Source: an uncultured virus (IMG/VR IMGVR_UViG_3300030098_006717)
Taxonomy: Duplodnaviria; Heunggongvirae; Uroviricota; Caudoviricetes
Reading direction: 5' to 3' (one strand)
IMG/VR virus record: IMGVR_UViG_3300030098_006717
DNA: 64,000 nt
Each line of letters opens with the position of its first letter. Positions within the stretch are counted from its first letter, which is position 1. The position numbers and the translations under genes are program-made. Positions 57,174 to 64,000 of this stretch are shown one piece after another. The notes beneath the pieces are model-generated. The model was not told the DNA's origin and did no database searches. It saw only the letters and a list, made by a program, of their open reading frames with translations.

Positions 57174-60100
57174 ATGCCAATTATAGAAGATAATTTTGAT
57201 CCTTCGATATTAGAATTAATCACATCTGGATTTGATTCGGTAGATACCTTTGATCCAGTTGCTGGTGATTATGTTAGAATGTCTGTATATGATAGACAAG
57301 GTACATTAGTATCTATATACAGATCAGATTCTACTTGGGATATTAATTCTGCTACCGGATCTCCAAATAAAATATTTTATGATAATGATTGGACTCCATT
57401 TTTTAATCTGACTGGTGATGTATATTCAGAAGAAATATCATTTCCATATATAAATCAAGTTCAATTACCAATATATAAAGATTCTGATGGTAAAGTATAT
57501 GTTAAACCAAATGATACATTAGATGCTGACCCCAACATAGATTATAATAAAGGTTTTTATACTTTAAAATTTGATTTTATATGGGATTCATTTAATGGTG
57601 CTATAGGTGGATTAGGTTATGTAAATCCAAAATTTTATTTAAGAGAAATATCTCCATCAAGAACTGAGGTTAGATTATTAGTTAGACAAAATATCACCCA
57701 AAATAATTCAGAACAAGTACCTCTTAATCAACAATTTATGGATGCTTTTAGTGATTTAAATGTTGGTTTAAGTGATTTAACTTGGGTTTTAGGATTACCT
57801 GAAGCAAAAAATATTAATATTTTAAATTATGCATTTGATAATATTTCTATACCAAATACTAATTCTTTAGTTTTAAAATTAAGTGGTGAAGTACCAATTG
57901 ATGTAAAATCTCCACAATCTAAAAATATTATGATTGGTAAGGAGATATATCCTACTCAAACAGAAGAAATATTTTATATAACAGAAGATGCTGTAGATGA
58001 TGAAATATACTCATTAACTCCAGATAATACAATAGAAACTGATAATAGTACTTTATCTTATGATATACCTCAAAGTTATAATGATTTAATTGGAACTTCT
58101 TCTACTTTTTCTGACGGTGATGCTTCGAATGTAGAATTATCTGTATACTCACAAAGTCATGATAATTTAAATATTGATTATTCTGAATTTGAAAATTATG
58201 CATTTTTTGGTTCGGCTGAACAAAAATTAAAAAACTTTTATAATAAAGTTAAAAAAATAGAAGATTATTCTTTAGAAATAAGTTCTTCTATGACTTCTAT
58301 ACCATCTGATCATATAGATGCTACTTTTGTTACTGAATCTTCTGTAGTAGAAAGAAGAAGAAATTTATTTAAAAATATAAATGAAATAGTTACTAATTTT
58401 ACTCCTTATGAATTATGGATGTATAGAAATAATATTCATTCTGGATCATATCCTAAATCTGGAAAAGACCATTCTAATTATCCACCTATATCGGGTAGTT
58501 TTAATGAATATTTTGGAAATGATATAAGTGGTGATGCCAGTGTTATAAAAGATTATTATGGATTTAAAACAGTATATAAAATTTCTACTGGTGATGATAA
58601 TATAATATCTCAAAGTAATTTTACTGGTGATGATAGTATAGGTTCAAGTTTATATGATACTTGGTATACTGGATCAACTAGTAACTGGAGATTTGAAAAT
58701 AATGAAATTGGTTATGTTCCGGGCGGTGGAGATACTAAATTGTATCATATATCTGGTGGATTAGATGATACCTTATTCAATAAACTTGATGATCCACATA
58801 CTGTTCAAAACTTTAGTTTATTTAGAAATAATACTAAATATAAAATTAGATTTAAATTATCTACTTGTTATGTTGGTGATAATTTAACCTTTAGATTGGG
58901 AGGTGAAGAGGGAGCTGAATCTAAAATATTTACAGTTGATGTCACTGATAGTGGTTCTTATTTTGAACATGTATTGGATGTAGAAGCTGCATCATTTCCA
59001 GGTGAAAATTATAATTATTTAGTTATAGATGCTGGATCATTATTTTCAGGTTCACTTGATGACATTGAAATATTAGCAGCTACTGATGTAGATGGAAGAG
59101 CTGATATATTTACTGATCAATATAGAGTTGAAGATTACCCTTTTCATCATTACAATGGAAAATATTATTTATCCTTTTTAGCTAGTTGGGATAGTTTACC
59201 TCATTGGGAAAATTATAATGCATCACAATCGGTAAATTCATTGGGAGAAACAATTGAACCTATTCCTATGGATGCATTTAATTCAGAATCTATACAAACT
59301 CAAACGGAAGAATCAAATACATCTGGAAGTTTTCATAGATATATTTTAGCGGCTTCTCAATCTTATTGGAGATATCCTGATGATGAAAGTATTCAACTTA
59401 CTGCATTAGACGAAGCAGATGCAACTAATTCTACTTTTGGTTGGGAAATTTTAGATGGTGAAAATATAACTGGATCTTATGGTCAAAATATTTTAAATCA
59501 AAATAATTTATATAATGAATTATATTCTTATGGTAGTTCTTCTATACTTCCATCTGGTGAATTATTTAGATTATATCATATAACTTCATCGGATGCGTTG
59601 GCTCCAGTTTCTCATTCTTATGTAATGGATGTAAAATTATTTAGAGAAGATAACATATGGTCAGGTCAACCATCTGATATAATAGATTTTTCTCATTTAT
59701 ATAGTACTTCTTCAAACGCAGTGAACACTTGGTATGAAAATAGAATAGATAGTGCTTCTCAATATGATAGACAGAATGTACATTATTTATATAATCAATT
59801 ACCTCAATTTATTAGAGATGAGGATGAAACCAAAACATTAGAAAAATTTATAAATGTAATAGCTGAACAATTTGATGCTTTAAAAAATTATATAGATAAT
59901 TATATTCATTTAAATTATAGATCTTATCAAGAAATAGATTCTATTCCTTATAATATAATAGAAATAATTGGTTCAAACTTTGGTTGGAAATTTATTAATA
60001 CAGGTGCTCTCAAGAATTTATTAGATTACCATATTGGAAATAAAAAGAAATCAGCTTATAAAGATGTTTCTGCTCAAATATGGAAAAATGTACTCAATAA

Positions 60101-63100
60101 CTTAATATACATTTATAAATCAAAAGGAACTGAAAATAGTGTTAGGGCTTTATTAAATTCGTTTGGATTACCTCCTAATATTTTAACAGTTAGAGAATTG
60201 GGTGGTTCTTTAGAAAGTCAAACAAATCCGACTGTAGATTTTTTAAATCCTGAAGGTGTTGAATTTTCTGTAGGTAATGTTTCTTATAATAAAGAACAAA
60301 GATATATTCAATCAATGAATATTAATGAAAGAAGTACAAATTCATTTAAAACAGATTGGAATACATCTGAAAGTGGTTTAAATGTCGGTGTAGAATTTAT
60401 TGGAACTTTTCAACATAATAATGCTACTCAAAGTATACTTTTATCTTCTGGATCTTATAGACAAAATTGGGATTTGGTGTACCACCCAGATCAAAATTCT
60501 GATAAAAATGCCCATTTAGAATTAAGAACTAATCTTATAGAAACTGGATCGGTTCTCATTGAGGCATGGCCAGTATCCCAAACTACTTTAGTTTCTGATA
60601 GTTTACCATTAACTGAAGATGGTGGTAAATATCCTTGGCATATTTTGGTACAAAGAATTGAAGCATCTGACTATGGTGCTTACAATAATAATTTTCCACT
60701 TTCAAGTTCGTTGGAGATGCATGTAGCCAGAAGAATTGGAGATACTATCACTCATTATTGGAGTGGTTCTGTTGATGTTTCTGGATCTTCTAGTACTAAT
60801 TTTATATCTACTGGATCAGGTGCGGTAATTAACTCTGATAATTTAGTATTTGGTGATCCGGGTGCATCAGATATAACTTTTGCAGCTCCATTTACTGGTT
60901 CTATATCAGAAGTGAGAGTATTAGCTCAACCTATAACAGCTTCTAAATTTTATACTCATGTTTTTAATCCAGATAGTGTTGTTGGAAATACTCAAGATGG
61001 ATTTATGGATATTATTCATAGATATTCATTTAAAGGAAATTATTTCAAGGATGATGATTATATAGTTATAAAAGACAATGGTAGTGGTGTTAGTGGTTCT
61101 AAACCTGTAACTATTTCTAAATCTAATGTGACAAGGTTACCTTCTTTTAGAAAAAATTATTATGATTTTTATGAATTTAATCCTAGATCTATAGATTTAA
61201 AACAATTTAATTCTAAAAAAGTAATAGTTTCTGATAAAAGAGAATTTATAGGTACTGAATTAAGTCCTGTAGAAAATAGATCTGTTGGTGATTTATATGT
61301 AGATAAAGAATTAAAAAGAATAAGAAATTTTGATCCTATTGTTGATATTTCTATTTCTCCGGCTAGAGTTATAGATAGGTTAATAACTTCTTATGTCAGT
61401 GATTGGTATCTCGGTGATTTACTTGGTGATCCATTAGATAATTCCAAATCTAATTATACAGATTTAACAGTATTTGCGAAAAGATTATTTGGTCAATTTG
61501 ATGGTTTAATAGATGTTAACCAATGGATTAGATCTCAGGCTGGAATGATTCCAGATGGATTTTGGACTACTTTAGAAGAAATTCTTCCAGCATCAGTTCA
61601 GTCTATAACTGGATTAACTATAGAAAATCATCTTTTATTTAGAAATAAAAATCCAAAAGATTTATTAGATTCTTCTAAAAAATATAACGGATACCCAACT
61701 GCTCAAGTTTATACCGCCCGTACAGATCATAGTATGGCGAATAGTTTTGTACCAGAAATAATTTCTAATACACCATCTATAGTTGTAACGGATGATATCA
61801 CAGTTGAAGCAACAAATCCAATTCCACCAATGGCTACAGATTTTTATAATTTTGAAACAGATTATAATGTAACATCTGAAGTTAAAAAAGATTTATCTGG
61901 AAAAATATTAATTAATACTGATACCAGTATAATGATGACATCTTTTATTAATGGATTATTGATAGATACTATTTCTTTAATTGAAAGTGAAGATAATCCA
62001 GATGGTGTTGATATAAATAGTTGGTTTGATTATCCAACTGAAGCTGTTATTGAATTGGAAGAGGATATAATAATATCTACTATTCATAATGATGTTAAAA
62101 TTGCGGATATTGATGTACCAGATCATATATCATCTAGTATTCATGTTCCTTATAAATCTGAAGATATAGATTTATCTTATATAAGTAATTTGGATAGTGA
62201 ATTTAAAGATTCATTAGATTCAAAAATAGATATATCAAACTTATCAGTTCTTTCATCTAGTATTAAAGAACATGTTGTAAGTGAAGATATAGATTTATCT
62301 GATATAACAAATTTAGAAACTTCTGTACCAGAACATCATACATCTAATATACCTATAACTGATTTAAAAGTGTTATCATCTAGTATTCAAGATCATCCTT
62401 TAAGTGAAGATATAGATTTATCTGATATAACTGATATTAAGACATCATTCAAAGATTCATTAGATTCTAATATAAACATATCAAGTTTATCAGTTCTTTC
62501 ATCTAGTTTACAAGATAAATTAATAAGTAGAGATATAGATTTATCTGATTTATCTGATATAAATACTTCCTTTGAAGATAAGATTAGGTTTGATATAAAT
62601 ATATCAAGTCTTTCTACTATATCATCTAGTTTTGAACATAAGATAACTTCTAATAAAATAGATTTATCCGACTTATCTGATATAAATAGTTCTTTTGAAG
62701 ATAAGATTAAATTTAATTTGGATGTGTCCAATTTAAATGTTATTTCTTCTAGTTTTAAAGATAATATATCTGTTGATAAAATAGATTTATCTGACTTATC
62801 TGATATAGATAGTCAATTTCAAGATATACTGATGGTAGATGACATTGATATGGGGTTAGTAAGTCACAATATGGTATCTGCTAGCTTGTATGATTATATA
62901 GATCAAACCAATAGGTTACAGAAAAACGAAGTAGCAACTATTACTTCTTTCAAACAAATAGTTCCTACGGGAGAAGAGTCTAAATCTTTTATAAGAGGAT
63001 CTTCATTCCATAGAAAAGGAAAATGGGATTCTGAAAAATATTTAGATCCTACTAATGAAAATTATGTAATAGATGTGGGTGTTAGTCCTCATGCAACCTT

Positions 63101-63749
63101 TAGACCTCATTGGACAATGCAACCAGTATCTGGAGCTTTTTATGAAACAGAAATGGTATTTAGATCTATAGGTGATACCGAAACACTTAATTTTTGGGGA
63201 GATAGATATTCAGTTACACAACCACATTCTGATTATCCTAATGTAGTTGTATATGGTAGGGATTGGCATAATTATGATAACGATCACCCTCAAATGTTTG
63301 GTGGTAGAAATATAATGAAAAACAGACCAGGTAAAGGAGGAGCTCCAGGTGGTAATAGGGGTAGACATGATGGTAGAAAAATAGGAAGAACACAAAGAAT
63401 ATATACTTGGAAACATTTTTCTGATACATTTGTAGAATTTAGTAATGAAGGATTTACTTGGGGTGATGATTTTGAAAAAATATATTATCCTCCTGATAGT
63501 TATTTTAAAATAGGATGGACATTAAAAAATCAAAGAATTAAAAGAGTAACTACAAATCATGGTCCAACAGCTGGTGGAGTTCCAGCGACAGATGCTGGTG
63601 GTAATAGTGTTTTTGGAAATAAAGGTGGGGATCTTTTAAAAAGAGGATGGTACGATCCAGAAAATCTTATAACTGGTCGAACTGAAGTAGTAATAAGTAG
63701 ACAAGTTCAAGGTGGATCTAAGAAACTAAAAGTATCAAATCCTGATTAA
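57174..63749 (+). CDS. 2191-aa putative baseplate wedge/tail protein (P2 gpI / T4 gp7-like segment, CBM- and LamG-like domains, C-terminal repeats)
   Basis: EISPSRTEVRL, LPQFI...FINVIAEQFD, IYKSKGTENSVRALLNSFG, FTGSISEVRV. Confidence 0.7.
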   Translation: MPIIEDNFDPSILELITSGFDSVDTFDPVAGDYVRMSVYDRQGTLVSIYRSDSTWDINSATGSPNKIFYDNDWTPFFNLTGDVYSEEISFPYINQVQLPIYKDSDGKVYVKPNDTLDADPNIDYNKGFYTLKFDFIWDSFNGAIGGLGYVNPKFYLREISPSRTEVRLLVRQNITQNNSEQVPLNQQFMDAFSDLNVGLSDLTWVLGLPEAKNINILNYAFDNISIPNTNSLVLKLSGEVPIDVKSPQSKNIMIGKEIYPTQTEEIFYITEDAVDDEIYSLTPDNTIETDNSTLSYDIPQSYNDLIGTSSTFSDGDASNVELSVYSQSHDNLNIDYSEFENYAFFGSAEQKLKNFYNKVKKIEDYSLEISSSMTSIPSDHIDATFVTESSVVERRRNLFKNINEIVTNFTPYELWMYRNNIHSGSYPKSGKDHSNYPPISGSFNEYFGNDISGDASVIKDYYGFKTVYKISTGDDNIISQSNFTGDDSIGSSLYDTWYTGSTSNWRFENNEIGYVPGGGDTKLYHISGGLDDTLFNKLDDPHTVQNFSLFRNNTKYKIRFKLSTCYVGDNLTFRLGGEEGAESKIFTVDVTDSGSYFEHVLDVEAASFPGENYNYLVIDAGSLFSGSLDDIEILAATDVDGRADIFTDQYRVEDYPFHHYNGKYYLSFLASWDSLPHWENYNASQSVNSLGETIEPIPMDAFNSESIQTQTEESNTSGSFHRYILAASQSYWRYPDDESIQLTALDEADATNSTFGWEILDGENITGSYGQNILNQNNLYNELYSYGSSSILPSGELFRLYHITSSDALAPVSHSYVMDVKLFREDNIWSGQPSDIIDFSHLYSTSSNAVNTWYENRIDSASQYDRQNVHYLYNQLPQFIRDEDETKTLEKFINVIAEQFDALKNYIDNYIHLNYRSYQEIDSIPYNIIEIIGSNFGWKFINTGALKNLLDYHIGNKKKSAYKDVSAQIWKNVLNNLIYIYKSKGTENSVRALLNSFGLPPNILTVRELGGSLESQTNPTVDFLNPEGVEFSVGNVSYNKEQRYIQSMNINERSTNSFKTDWNTSESGLNVGVEFIGTFQHNNATQSILLSSGSYRQNWDLVYHPDQNSDKNAHLELRTNLIETGSVLIEAWPVSQTTLVSDSLPLTEDGGKYPWHILVQRIEASDYGAYNNNFPLSSSLEMHVARRIGDTITHYWSGSVDVSGSSSTNFISTGSGAVINSDNLVFGDPGASDITFAAPFTGSISEVRVLAQPITASKFYTHVFNPDSVVGNTQDGFMDIIHRYSFKGNYFKDDDYIVIKDNGSGVSGSKPVTISKSNVTRLPSFRKNYYDFYEFNPRSIDLKQFNSKKVIVSDKREFIGTELSPVENRSVGDLYVDKELKRIRNFDPIVDISISPARVIDRLITSYVSDWYLGDLLGDPLDNSKSNYTDLTVFAKRLFGQFDGLIDVNQWIRSQAGMIPDGFWTTLEEILPASVQSITGLTIENHLLFRNKNPKDLLDSSKKYNGYPTAQVYTARTDHSMANSFVPEIISNTPSIVVTDDITVEATNPIPPMATDFYNFETDYNVTSEVKKDLSGKILINTDTSIMMTSFINGLLIDTISLIESEDNPDGVDINSWFDYPTEAVIELEEDIIISTIHNDVKIADIDVPDHISSSIHVPYKSEDIDLSYISNLDSEFKDSLDSKIDISNLSVLSSSIKEHVVSEDIDLSDITNLETSVPEHHTSNIPITDLKVLSSSIQDHPLSEDIDLSDITDIKTSFKDSLDSNINISSLSVLSSSLQDKLISRDIDLSDLSDINTSFEDKIRFDINISSLSTISSSFEHKITSNKIDLSDLSDINSSFEDKIKFNLDVSNLNVISSSFKDNISVDKIDLSDLSDIDSQFQDILMVDDIDMGLVSHNMVSASLYDYIDQTNRLQKNEVATITSFKQIVPTGEESKSFIRGSSFHRKGKWDSEKYLDPTNENYVIDVGVSPHATFRPHWTMQPVSGAFYETEMVFRSIGDTETLNFWGDRYSVTQPHSDYPNVVVYGRDWHNYDNDHPQMFGGRNIMKNRPGKGGAPGGNRGRHDGRKIGRTQRIYTWKHFSDTFVEFSNEGFTWGDDFEKIYYPPDSYFKIGWTLKNQRIKRVTTNHGPTAGGVPATDAGGNSVFGNKGGDLLKRGWYDPENLITGRTEVVISRQVQGGSKKLKVSNPD
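62100..62850 (+). repeat. 123-bp (41-aa) tandem repeat with 20/21-aa half-units, about 6 copies
   Basis: SEDIDLSDxxxxxxSFxDxxxxxIxISxLSVLSSS units recurring at about 62158, 62280, 62403, 62526, 62649 and 62772. Confidence 0.85.
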
Positions 63750-63850
63750 TATTTAATAAAAAGTATATTTTTTTAATAAACTTTATATTTATTAATGAAT
63801 AGGAACAGGAATGAAAATAAATAATTTAAAAAACATAATAAGTTTATATT

Positions 63851-63858
63851 TATTTATA
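63851..63858 (+). promoter_or_regulatory. TATTTATA candidate late promoter
   Basis: Intergenic, 36 nt before ATG 63895; variant TATTTATT at 63786. Confidence 0.55.
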
Positions 63859-63894
63859 GTATATCAAATAGGATAAATTTACAGGAGAACAATT

Positions 63895-64000
63895 ATGGGA
63901 TTTCAACCAGATACAGGGGCAGTAGTAGTAAAAGCCACTTTAACAGATTTAGGAACAAAATATCTATTAACCGAACCAAATAAATTTGTAATAGACAAAT
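63895..64000 (+). CDS. 5' part of a probable structural protein (truncated by window end)
   Basis: AGGAG SD; MGFQPDTGAVVVKATLTDLGTKYLLTEPNKFVIDK is open to the end of the window. Confidence 0.65.
   Translation, partial: MGFQPDTGAVVVKATLTDLGTKYLLTEPNKFVIDK

Noticed and set aside
26548..63429. Many His/Asn/Tyr-rich minus-strand ORFs and Met/Val/Ile-rich off-frame plus-strand ORFs
   Set aside because: They are shadows of TGT/GAT/GGT/AAT-rich codons in the giant genes, fully nested, with no plausible protein features.

Overview
This is a strongly AT-rich segment of a large tailed dsDNA bacteriophage. The baseplate genes point to a contractile tail, and the host is probably a Gram-negative (diderm) bacterium. 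All credible genes are on the + strand and use the standard code. Positions 1-17.8 kb hold accessory and host-takeover genes: HNH, vWA/HExxH protein, PC4-like SSB, 5'(3')-nucleotidase, Hsp20, trypsin-like protease, thioredoxin, peptide deformylase, a tRNA-Ala/tRNA-Pro/tmRNA cassette, a porin-like beta-barrel, PhoH, a 3D-domain protein, a Dam-type MTase, an HD protein and a gp55-like sigma factor. Six sigma70-type promoters and a recurring TATTTATA motif (candidate late promoter) are present. After a terminator and a TATTTATA site at about 17.8 kb, a ~46-kb structural operon begins (spike/hub-like, gp25-like, gp6/J-like wedge, DNRLRE, LamG proteins). The most unusual element is a ~31-kb block inside this operon with four acidic ORFs lacking signal peptides (1745, 739, 6914 and 831 aa), the first three very Cys-rich. 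They combine tandem Cys/Asp repeats, EGF-like modules and DxDxDG calcium loops with nested plug-in domains (LTD, LamG, CBM-like, PKD). They form two paralog pairs that share C-terminal modules, which suggests a giant, modular virion appendage system. All domain calls come from motif recognition by eye; no database searches were run.
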